A DNA stretch of 64,000 nucleotides. It comes from Blasia pusilla (taxonomy: Eukaryota). Where the stretch lies: contig CM114271.1 in the NCBI GenBank assembly GCA_050084515.1, positions 13,082,001-13,146,000 of the forward strand, read 5' to 3'. The notes beneath the pieces are model-generated. The model had not been told where the DNA came from, searched no databases, and saw nothing but the letters and a program-made list of their open reading frames with translations. Both the position numbers and the translations under genes were made by a program. Below, piece after piece: positions 13,078 through 24,814 of this stretch (the stretch's first letter is position 1; each line of letters starts with the position of its first letter).

Positions 13078-14559
13078 GTTCCATGCTCGTGATTGAAGAT
13101 CCTTTCCCTTTGAAAACTATAAAATGAAAATCCAATTTAAGAGGTCAATGAAACTGGTTTACTATAGCTGTAATAATTCTCATGAACTTAAGTTCAAATT
13201 CCCCGTATAGTTGGATCGCATAGACTATGAACATATTTGTGGCAGCAAAAGCTTGTTGTATCTACGCTAGGTCACAAAGACTCCAAATGATCTCCAATTT
13301 TTCTCCGCTTAAAATTTTTGAGCACAGTGATGCCTGATGTTCTCGCAACGTTGGAGGTAGACTTAAGATCGGATCCCACGCAAAATATTCAGAATGTTAT
13401 GGATGAAAAACAACCATCCAAATAAGACATCACTGAGATTTGCGCCACATGAAAGTAGGGAGCATTTTTTTGCGACTCTATTGTGTGGCATTTGAGCTAC
13501 AAGGTAATTGAGTATCTACATAGACACAAAAATAGCTACCGATCAGGGAAGGGAGAAGACTTGCTCCTTAGTTGGAGATGAAAAGAAACTGTTAGAAAGA
13601 CTTTTGTAACTACACTAACTATAAGAAGGTTGTGTTGGCCTCGATGAACTTAAGTTCTAATTCAATTCCTCTTATAATCGGGTCACATAAGCAATGAATA
13701 TTTACATAGTGATGAAATCTTGTTGCATATGAAATATGTCCAATAATGTCCATCATTTCTGCATTTTTTTAGCACAGTAATGTCGAGTGTTCTTGCAAGG
13801 CAGAAGGTTGACTTAGTTGGAGAGGAAAAGTCATTGTTACAAAGACACTAAATTTGTGTGTATCCATCCCTGTTGGCTTCGGTGAACTCAAGTTCCAATT
13901 CAATCCTCGCGATGCTAGAGGTAGACTTAGTTGGAGAGGAGAACAAATTTTAGGGCATACGACAACGTCACGATCTCGTGAGCTTCCATCGATGGGATTG
14001 GCTTTAACTAGTACGTCATAAAATAGCAATTTGATCCAAATGGGAACTACAGTTGCAATTTTTGGGCTTACGCAATTTTGTGGAAATCAATTGCGTCAAA
14101 CTTGTTTAATACATGTAAAAGTAATAAGAAATTATTAGGCTTGCACCAAGTCCTTAGTTTTTTTCCATACTCACAAGAGCCCTATTATGAAACTACCCAT
14201 TTTGTCATAGATAATGCAGATATAAAACCTTGGATTAAGCATAGATTCAACATGCCAAGTATAATATTGGCTCCTCTAAGGCCTTTAAAGAGCAGCGTGT
14301 TCTTTTTCCCTTTCTCTCACTAGTGCCTTCTTATTTTTGCTTAACACATTATTTCCAAGGGATTTCAATATTTATTACTTTGTCTTTAAAACTCATTTTT
14401 CTAAGTCCTTGAATTTTCCTCCACCCTACCATACACACCACGCTACCTTCAAATTGCATTATTGTAGCTTCACCCATCTAAAATAAATGATGATTGAATC
14501 ATTGAGTAGAGAGTTTCTTCCCTAAAATGATCTAACCCAGTAATTCTCTCGAGCACAGA

Positions 14560-14935
14560 AAACACCTTCCCCTGGCATATGCTGGCAACAAAATTTGTGG
14601 CAAAAATTCTTCTTGGTTCAACACTCCCCCAATCGCAAAATTAGACGCATCGGTCCAAACTTTGAATGGGACCCAATTTATTGAAACTTGAATACAAGAG
14701 ATTAGCTAACCTAAAAATGTAGTTGCTCAAACACCATTGCTTTCTATGTCAAGTCATGGAGCACTCTAGAAATCTTGGGAAAATCGTAGATGTATCTTCT
14801 ATAGAAGGTTACAAACCCAACAAATGACCTTGTCTTGATCAAATTCCTCGATGTCGGCCACAACTTGATATCCTCAAGCGTGTTTTGGTTATTTGTCTTT
14901 TGTGATCAATGTGTGTCTTAAGAATTCCACTCCCC
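14560..14935 (-). pseudogene. Decayed Ty3/gypsy RT-RNase H fragment
   Basis: The minus strand reads GFVTFYRRYI..F and VWTDASNFAIG..LNQE, with stops and frameshifts. Confidence 0.7.
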
Positions 14936-16339
14936 TTCTCCTTTTAAAGATTCAACACTTTTTCAATTTTTTTCCTTCTAAATCTTTCCCTTATTGAATA
15001 GTTACTATTTTCTACCTCCCTCTCCCTTTAATATAATCTATCTTATCCTTCTCTTTCAAAAAAATCGAAAAAAATTAAACCCTTTCTTTCTTCATCATGA
15101 TAAATTTCTAGAAGCGGCATGAAAAAGAGAGTTGAACAATGAGAATTAATGCTAACGCCAAAAATAATATAAATTCATTTGTTTTCCTTCCTTGTTGTGA
15201 ACTCTTTTTTAATATGTTAAACTAGTAAGACTATTGATTGGTGCACCAAAGTAAAATCAACTTTACAAACATGTGGCATGGAAAGCGGGTTCCACACTTG
15301 ATCGAACTGAAAATGAAGTTATTTTCTATCTTCAATACTAATATAGATTAATGTCTCATGTTTCATTAGGAGGATAATTGTTTTAATAAATTAAAATAAT
15401 CAGAGTAAATATCTACCATCTAGGTTTTAAATAACCGTTAATTTGGTGCCCTTACTATGCATTGGGTTAGAGGGATGGAAAAAAAAAAGTAGCCAAGAGA
15501 CTTATAAATATAAAATGGAAAAATGGAAAAAAAAATGGTTGGCCATTTCCAATGAAATATTTACTATCACGAAAATATAATTTGATATTTTTTCCTAATT
15601 GGATATTTTTGGATAACTAAAAATAGAAATAAGACCTGAAAATTTTTATGGTTGGATATTTATGGCAAGTAAAATCATTGAAGAACTACCATTTGAACGC
15701 TTTGGGTACCTCTCGTAATTATTGAGAGTCGAAAATGATAACTGAAAGCTCCTTTCTTTGAAAAAAAAAACACTTCCCTATCCTTCCTTTGGAAATAAAT
15801 TTCCATGTCCTTACCCTTTAGATTTGGAGGAAAACTTTTTCCCTTTCCAACTCTTTTACTAAAAAATTCTCGTTATTCAAATAAAAATCATCCCACCATT
15901 ATCTTATTTCCCGTCCTCATCTATGATCCAATATTCCAAAAAAAATTGATAGCTTTTCCTTCCTTGCCACTTGAAAAGAAATTATAATCATAAGATGGGA
16001 AAATAATAAAGAGAGGCGAAAAAAAATTAAATCAAAAAATATGTCTTGTTAGTAGTAAAATTAAATGGAAGAACTGAATATCCTCAGGAAAAAATAATGT
16101 TAGAACCAAGCGTCGACCCATTTTTATGAATTCTCTCTTCAACTTCTCGGTCTAACATAAAAAAATGTTTTGCCGAAATTGCGTAAACGAGGTCTACTCA
16201 CACATAGAATTTTAGATTATTATTGGAGAACCCTACTTGACTTTAAAAAAATTCTTCATAAACACATGTCCCTTTCAACTCAAATTACTCGTTCTCTTAA
16301 CCAAGAGAAATTGATTTTAAAATATTTTTCAATTACATA

Positions 16340-16513
16340 CTAATGTAGAGCGTGTGTCATGCACGAGAGTGAAAGGACTAACCATGCTGCACACAAATTC
16401 AAATTTTCCTTATCGTTGCATGTAATATGGGAAATATTTTCCTGCTAATGAATTGCCACATGTCAAGCAGACATGTGTTTTCACATCAAGAAGGCTCTCT
16501 CGTTATTATAAAT
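16340..16513 (-). mobile_element. Degenerate non-autonomous mini-Helitron related to the 56.8-57.2 kb units
   Basis: Shares ttgccac(a/g)tgtcaagca...atcaagaag.c.ctctc..ta.tata with 57173-57236 and has cgtgtgtcatgcacg, a 3' hairpin-like motif, at the left end. Confidence 0.55.
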
Positions 16514-19500
16514 TAATCATTCATCATTAATAGAAACAAATGACAGATGATTCAAAATTAATCCCAAGTATCACATGTGACACCTATACAACTTTTTGAC
16601 ACCTTGTATGATTGAAATGACTATTCTTATGGATTTTATATGTTGCTATTAATCTTACTCTTAAACTCTTTTTTTCCACTCTTCATTCATGATCCGCTTT
16701 TCCATTTTGTAAAACGAAAAGAAAATTCCAATCTTTCTTGTTCAATCTATTTTTTTTTATGAAAAATATTATGCATTTTCCCATAGTAATGAAAAAGGAT
16801 ATTCAAAAAAAATCATAACAATGTAGATATTTAATGCAAATTAAATAAATAAATTCTCATCTTTGTGTATTTCCCTTATTTTTCAATTGCGCATTTCCCC
16901 ATGGGATGCCCCACTCCAACCATTTTATTATAAGAAATATTTTCACGGCTTCACCTTTTTCCCTAAATCCTCTTTTCATCCTTGAGATAATTTATACTTT
17001 TAGTGTAAGATGAGGACTTACTATGTGTGGAAAGAAAAAAAAGGTGATGTCTATGAGAAATGAAGTTCTCTTTTTAAAATAAATTGCATTCGTCTTTGCC
17101 GTATGCACATGGGAAAATTTTGCACCTCTTTTCAAATTTGCATTTTTTTAGCAAATGCATGTAGTGTCTTCATGGGCGGCTCAAAGACAACCACGTTCAT
17201 TCACATAAATGTTTGTGTCTTACATGTGTCATTCTTTGAATAATTTTGGTCTTGTTCACAGAGGTGTGTGATAGTCACTGCATTAACTTTGGTATAATTG
17301 AGGTGCCTCGGATTGCTAATTTGGGGCACAAGTTAGAGTCAAGGAAATTGCAACTGCGAGTGGAGCTGAACCGAGAGTCTGCCACCAGAGGGGACGCTGG
17401 AACAAAGGCAACAATACTGAGGGGACATTGGCGTCATGGCAATGACACTACGAGGTGATTCTTTTACCAAGAGCTTGCGTTACAATCTGCTTGCTTGGAT
17501 TTCATGGTGTTGCCCGAAAGGCATCTTCGAGCTTGAAGCCGAATGTTGGTTTCAGTAATGGGTAGAGATTTTGGATAATTTCTACCCATAATTCTCTTTT
17601 TGTTTGTGATGAGGTGAACTATTCGTTTCAATGCTATAGCGAAACGAATAGTTCATGAATAATGGATTGGATCATTATTTCGTTGTTGCGAGAGCTCTTC
17701 TTCCACTGCCATTCATTTTACTAAGTCTATACCGGACTTGGCCTCCCGCTCCCAACTTGTAAGAGTCTTTGAAAGTAGCCTTTTTCAAAATTTCACCCCA
17801 GATTTTGCTATTCTCAGAGAGAGGTTGAGTTGATTTGTAGCCCCCGTATTTTTTGGATCCCTTGCATGGCTGGCCTTCTCATCACGCGTTCACCTTTAAC
17901 TACTATAAACCATAATCCAAGGACCACTTTTTCATTTGCGACAAGCACATTTTCGTAGACGTAGTGTGCACGGTGATTATTCACTCTACAACCAATTTTC
18001 AATGGAGTCGTCCGATTTTTCTACAAAATCAATTCATATTTTATTCTCTCTCGGGTAGGGGTGAGTCATTTGTGCTCCGGGCAGGGACAACGACCACCCC
18101 AAACGTACTACCTCCTTGTGAGGATCTTATGAGAGAGATTGCATTCAGTAGGTAGTGTTTGGCGTAGTCTTGCAAGCATATCCCTGGCTGGAGAGTCGTA
18201 AACATTTGGGTGGATCTTAGGATGGAGAGAAATGGACTCACCCGCTGCTCGGATCCTCGGATCTTTGCCACCGATCTTCACTAAATGTCATTCCAATGCC
18301 ATCAAGCAGCATTGTGTTGCCTCCATTATGAAAGCAATTGTACCATTAATCAAGCAGAGACGAGAGGCGAGCAAGCCACTATCAACAACTTGCGCAGCAA
18401 AATCACAACCACACCAACGTTTTCCCTCTCGCTCCATGGCCTTCCTCTGATTGCGTTGCAAACTGTCATGCAATCTCACATCACTACAGCGTAAAGTTGC
18501 TGCATGTCACAATACTCGCCAAATTACGGATGGATTCTTGCATTTCTAGCAAGAGTTTCTCAAATGACTCTCTAGATCCAACATGAGTTGAGTTGGGGCA
18601 TACGTTGTCAGGGGCAGTTTCATTTGCGTTGAGCATTGCTTGCCATTTATGTTGGATGATATTTTCCAATCTTTGGCTCGTACATTCAACAGTGTGTCGG
18701 ATCTGCACACTACATGCCCAAATTTCTCTTCCAGATTTCAGGCCTCGACTTCCACACCCACCGGATTCGAATCACCAGATATATCGAAATCAACCAGAGA
18801 CTCTTTGTTTTATTTGAGGAATTTGGCACATAATTCATTCCCGGTACACATCGTACCAACGATAGAAAAAATGACTCATTTCCGAGGCAAATTATCGAAT
18901 TCCGATGTTGCAATCCTCATGTGATTTTTCATCCGGAACACACAACCTGACTAACCACACTCACTTACAAAGGTGATGAACTTGTTCATCCCTAACACTA
19001 ATTGACACTAGAATCAATCTTCATGAAATTCATCTCCCATTGCAAACGACTGAAAGATTCGGATAGATTTGGGCTTCAAATATGTCGAGAACTTTGCATT
19101 TCAAGGAACTTACGTTTGTCTTGTAAACCTTCGTAGTGACACTTGGCTGACACTCACCGTTCACTGCTTAGCACGATGAAATCACATTTTGCTTGGAACT
19201 TGAGCATTAATCTCCACTGTACAATCTACTTGCATTTGACAGCCACAATTGGAGATGGTTCTGAGCGAACGTCCAATAACACTTTTTTTGGAACAAGTCA
19301 CTCAAGAAGCTAGTCGCCAGATTCCACTAGGTGATATGCATATTCTGCGTTCCTTCCATCAATCCAGAGAGTGCACATGTAGGTGGGATCCAACTCTCAA
19401 TTTCTTCTTCCCGCCCTGTAGTCTTCCTTCTCACTTCGCATTCGTGTCCACTGCGCATTCCTATCTGCTTATGAAAGTGTGTGTCCACCCTTCATTACAT

Positions 19501-20970
19501 AACAGTAGCTCCAAAAATACCTCCAAAAATACGGAAACAAATTCCTGCCATCTGTCCCCAATGCGGATAGAATCAAGTTCTCAAGTCCCACACTTACATG
19601 TTTTCGCTTCACGCCCTAAAAAAAATACTGGACTAAAATTTATGCCTTAGCATAAATCGAGTAGTATTACTAGTTCCTATATAATTAAGTTTAAAACGTC
19701 CTTATTTTGAACCATCCCATGACCCATTATAGGAAAGGTCAATGGTCACATCACCCTGGTCCAATCCGATTAAAAATTTCAATTGAATACATGAAAAACT
19801 GAATATTCAGATGATAAGTTCAAAATTAATTTTGAAACCGATGAATTATGGTAATAGAGTCATTAGGTTGAAAGAGTAACCTGTCCATCCCTCTACCCTC
19901 AAGAATTACGGCGGCAGGACTTGATGAGGCAAGTTAGTTACTCATGATGTAAGATACGTCATAAGCTGCAATTTGGGCTGCCTTCCTCAGTTGAATGTCT
20001 TTTGAGTGTATTCCTTTATAACTAGACAGTGCCCGTGCTCCCGGGTGAAATATAGGAACTAAAATTAACCCAAATAGGACACTTTTTGGACTCTTATATT
20101 CGCCCTCTCTAATAATAATATAGATGTGTAAAAGGACTGGCACTTCAACCTCCATGAAAAGCATGTCATTCTACATTTTGTCTTTCTTTCCAACGGTGGT
20201 GCACTCCTTCTGCAATTTTACCCTACCCTCCACAACTAGGATTTGTAACAGTCTGAGGTCTGCACTCATAGCAGAGGGGGGCAAAGGTGAACTAAACTGG
20301 ACGGCACTCCATTTTCATGGGCATTCCGTTCAGTGCATTAGAGAACGAGTAAGGATAAGAAACTCCATCCCTAAACTCTCATGCACCAAGGCAAAGTCCC
20401 AAGTAGCATCAAATTCCTGCTGTGATGGATACTAAACTTCACCTATGGTTACACAAACTACAATTCAACATGTAATTTCTATCCTGGGTATGCAACTCCA
20501 TCCAAGGAGATATACTCTGTAGTGCCATGGTAAAACCCAATATTGCACTCACATTATTGCTGTTGGCAATCACGAGCATGGACAACTGTACCTGATTGAA
20601 AAATGCACCCTGGCTCATTACGGGTGAATGGAGTGAACAATCATGAATGACATTTCCACAATGCTCCCATGAATCTCTCCGTATCAACTACAAATTTACA
20701 TGCCCAGCTGGTCAACAAAGCAATCACCTCATTGCCATTGTTGAAAGTGCTTACTGCGCCTTACCTATAATTTATAAAACACAAACTTGGACAATACTAT
20801 GCAAGTGGATGCATGGTTTGTCACAAGTGGAAACACCCTATCAAAGAATCAAGTCATGGAGCTCCCTCGCGTGGGCAGAGGACCAGGGAAAAAGCCCGCA
20901 AGAAACAAACCCTAACCAATTCCAGTACTGTTTAGATTTAAGTATCTGCGTGACCGGATTTATGGCCATT

Positions 20971-23831
20971 CTATCTACTGTGACTGTTGAATTTTATGTA
21001 CGCAACTAAGAATATTGCGAAGATAAGCACAGCAATTATACCCCCCATGATCCACTTGTTCCGACTCATTCTGCGGCCCATTGAATTAAGGATTCGCCTG
21101 CTCTTCCCAATGTTGTCATCAACTCCATGCAACTGCATACGGCAGTATATGGTCAGCTCCAATACCAGAAAACAAAATTCACTGTTAAAGCAGCATGACA
21201 GACTTGATCCTAGAAGTTCCAAAACCCCCCTAAGCTCTTGAGGATCCGCTGGCCAATCCCAATGTTGTCATCAACTCCAAGCAACTGCATCAGACATACA
21301 CATCAGTTCTCACACACCAGTAGTACAGATGGGGTGAATACTCCATGCTTTCAAAATAAGGAACAATCAACACAATGTTCACACGATATGGGATGTGACT
21401 GGCTTCATGGCTGTCACAAGATAAAGATCAGTAAAAATAACAACTCAGATCTAAACGTCTTGAAAGATTGGCAGGCAGTAGTCTTCATGCCACCTAAGCC
21501 AACATGAAACTAAAGTGGCATGTATTGAATACTAAACTCAGACAGGGAAGTTGTATTTTCGACATGGTGCACAACTTGAGGGCATACCAAGAGGTCAATA
21601 CCTCAGCACCCAGGTTCATAAATTCTCATCAAATAATCCCGCAAAGCATTTTTTTTTTCAGTGGGGAGGTAGTCTGTGAGTGGTACATAAACAGACCACA
21701 TACTGTGCATAATGAAAAGAGTATACCCTGATGGGAGGAACCACCCCAACTCGACTAAAATTTAAGGGTAAACCTGCACCACCTCCATTGCATGAAGTCA
21801 TAGATGGTGAAAGAGTGCTATAACCAGAGTTTGATGACAGTACTGACATTTTTTCTAATCCCGATCAGGACTTGCAGTTTTGTTCGGAGAACACTATTTC
21901 TTAAGCTCAACCACCTATTTCACAGATGTCCCTGTTTTGAGATATCTACCGGAATGGAGGCTCCCATGCACTATTACCGCAGATTTGAAGTACAATCCAA
22001 GGTACTGTTAAAGAATACTCTCTCAATAATTTCTAAAATGAAGAAAACCACAAGTCATGCATTGTTTCAAAATTTCCAACCACCCACGCATGGCAGTAGC
22101 CTTGCCCTTCATTCCAAGAGGTAGAATATGATCTACCTCATGTCAGAAGAACACCACAGATGCAAGAAACTTTAGGAGGACCACTAGAGACATGTCACGC
22201 TTGCTGAAGAACCACAGTCCAGATAAAAAAAAAATTCGAGAAACTTCCTCTTTACCAGATCCACTGAAACATTGCATTGGCACTCCCCATCCGCAAGGCA
22301 AGAATTTCAACAAGAAGAACCCAAAAAAAACGGATGTCAGAATTACTCATACTTATACCCCTGATTTCAGCCAATGCCCATTTGCTAGTGTAAAGTACTA
22401 CGGTGCTCTAATTTGCATTAGGAACTCTGATAAATTGACATACCGTATCTCGTGCGTGCAGAAGAGTTTGTCGTTGCTGATGTAGATCCTGCAGAATAGA
22501 TACACCAAGCTCTTCTGTTTCTAGCAATGTCCTCTTGCTATCTTTCACTCTCTCTCCAGTCTGGCTCAACTTTTCAGTTGACATTATCAGTCTTGCTCTT
22601 TGATCTGCAGAAGTCTGCACAGTGATTACCAAGGAAATGCAACACCTGTGATTAGATATAGACACGAGACTGGGTCAAACTTTGAAAGTAATTGTCAATG
22701 CTGTCATCAGACTGGTGAAGACAACTCACTTCACTCCCCAGCTCCTCACATAATGAACTCTCCGACATATTCCTTATATGAGTTTAAGAACTGCACGCCC
22801 TGGATCAAGAAAGTAAGTCATTCATTACCAAACCAGATTCTGCCATTCCTCCCTCCATCAGCTCATCCCTAGCAGCAAGGGAATCATTTGTTGACGCTGA
22901 CTTCTTCACCTCCCGCTTCAGATTATTCAAGTCTGACTTGTATTCTCGCAACTTGGCGAGCAGTGTGGCTTTTTGAGTAGGAGGTAAACTTCGAGCCTCC
23001 AGATCCATCCTTCGTATCTGCGAATACACAGTTACAGCTGGAGGTGTCAGAAATAAGTTTCCAGTAATGGAAACATGCAAACTTAAGTTTCTAGGGTTGA
23101 AAAACTGGAAAAAATCGAACCGCACTGCAAAACTACCTCAGCAATGAACAGTCCCAGCAGGATATAGAGTCAGGGATCTCATTCGAACATAAGGAATAAA
23201 CAAGATGCCATCGACTCTGTGTTAGTACACATTGGACCATTCACTCTTCTAACGAATCTCCACCCTCGCTGACGGAGATCACCCTCGTGATTAAAAACAT
23301 CATGTCCGAATAGTGGTCTCAAGACATTTATGTACGAACATGTTTCCAAGAAATGAAATCATTTGAAAGACGGGGAAAGAAGAGAAGGTTCACAGCCTGT
23401 ACTAATCGTACCAAAGACTCCGCTTCATCCAGTCCGGTCTTGAGCTCTGCAAGCTTCTGCTTCTTCTCTTCTGTGGAATTTCACGAGGTATAGTTGGAAA
23501 AGAATCAAACTCGGCACTTGATCCGACATTCTTGAATTGAAAGGAATTCTTAACGATGTATCCAACTCATCTGGAACTACAAAATCAACGAAGCATGAAG
23601 CCTACATAACTTCGTCAAACCCTAAGCATACTGGGCATTCGAATGACGTACAGGTTCATAGCAGGCGTTTTGGACGACTCAAAGACAGTTATACAACAGT
23701 GAGAAAAATTTGCGAAAAGAAGAGAACAGTCGCATACCTCCATTAAGGAGCCCAATAGATGTACATTTGCGGGACAGATTCGACGAAAGCTCACAGTACT
23801 GCCGTTCATAGCCCTCAAATATATCACTCAT
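20971..23831 (-). CDS. VTI1: VTI1-family Qb-SNARE (VTI11/12/13-like), 224 aa; exons 23831-23738, 23470-23412, 23017-22829, 22614-22444, 21132-20971
   Basis: MSDIFEGYERQYCELS..., EEKKQKLAELKTGLDEAESL, IRRMDLEARSL, SNARE motif LLETEELGVSILQDLHQQRQTLLHA..LHGVDDNIGKSRRIL and C-terminal transmembrane segment KWIMGGIIAVLIFAIFLVAYIK. Exon lengths 94+59+189+171+162 = 675 nt keep frame, with GT-AG introns. Confidence 0.96.
21210..21284 (-). other. Diverged duplicate of the 5' part of the VTI1 last exon, with an intact acceptor (candidate alternative terminal exon)
   Basis: ctgatgcag|TTG CTT GGA GTT GAT GAC AAC ATT GGG ... TAG = LLGVDDNIGIGQRILKSLGGFWNF*, versus the canonical gtatgcag|LHGVDDNIGKSRRILNSMGRR. 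Confidence 0.8.
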
Positions 23832-24814
23832 GCTTGAAGGCTTAATGAGAAGAGACTGGAAAATACGGGACGAACAAAGACAATACGAGAGGAAGCGAGC
23901 ACGTCCTCCTTTTCAGCCTAAGCGTCGCGGTTGGATAAAACAAGACGATCGACGGCTTGTACGGGAAAAATCTCCTTTCCACCACACTCGTGTAAGATCT
24001 GTTGAACAATCAGAGCGAGGACAACAGGAAGCTTTGGGCGAAAGACTAAAGCTTCCCAAGTGCATCAACGAGGTCCGCGAAACTTTCTCTCAATGTGTGA
24101 CCAGAACACGAGAAGCAAATAGAAGGGATGAACGAACCGATCATTTACTCAATTCACAACTCAGCGTCGCATGCATGACCGGAGCCACTTCCCCGACAAG
24201 AAGAGCCCAATCCGAGGGTTTCGAACCTCTTCCACGACGCTGGACTGCTCGGGGAAGCTCGAATGATCGGGAAAGTCAGTTCTGGGCAGAAGCGACGTGA
24301 TAAGAGGTGGAATGATCTGTACAAAGATGAGAGCCCGCAGAGAAACTGGAAGACACAAGCCGGGGCTCTGGAGATAGCGTTGGCGCAAAGGAAAGAGCAA
24401 GTTCAACACCCCCGTGCGCTGCATGAAAGAAGAACAGAAGCTTTCCGAAAGGAGTATCGTGAACCCGCGGAATAATACTGGGCTGGGCTAATACACAATC
24501 CATCATATCTACAGAACCCGCGATCTTTCTAGTTCCTGTGAGAAAGAAAAATGTACTGCACAACAGCACCACAGAAAACGCTCTCGGGTTTGGGTGGAGA
24601 AGACGAAAGCAAACCAGCGGCAGGCCGAAAACAAATAGCGGGCCGGGCGTTTCACGATCAGGCGAGGCGAGCGACTGACCGCGAATTGGGTACAACAACG
24701 TGTCGGCGCCGATGATCCAAAACCCGCCACTGATTGTTCGCTTTTGCATACATTCTAGTTTTCACTCGGCTTTGAGAGGAAGAAAGCTATGCTAATACTG
24801 GAATTCATATTTTA

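Noticed and set aside
20971-21284. In-frame extension of the VTI1 last exon from the duplicated acceptor
   Set aside because: The two acceptors are 152 nt apart, which is not a multiple of 3, and the upstream frame stops at 21210.
23830-24749. ORFs of 70-157 aa upstream of VTI1
   Set aside because: No recognisable motifs; they overlap the probable VTI1 5' UTR, leader intron and promoter.
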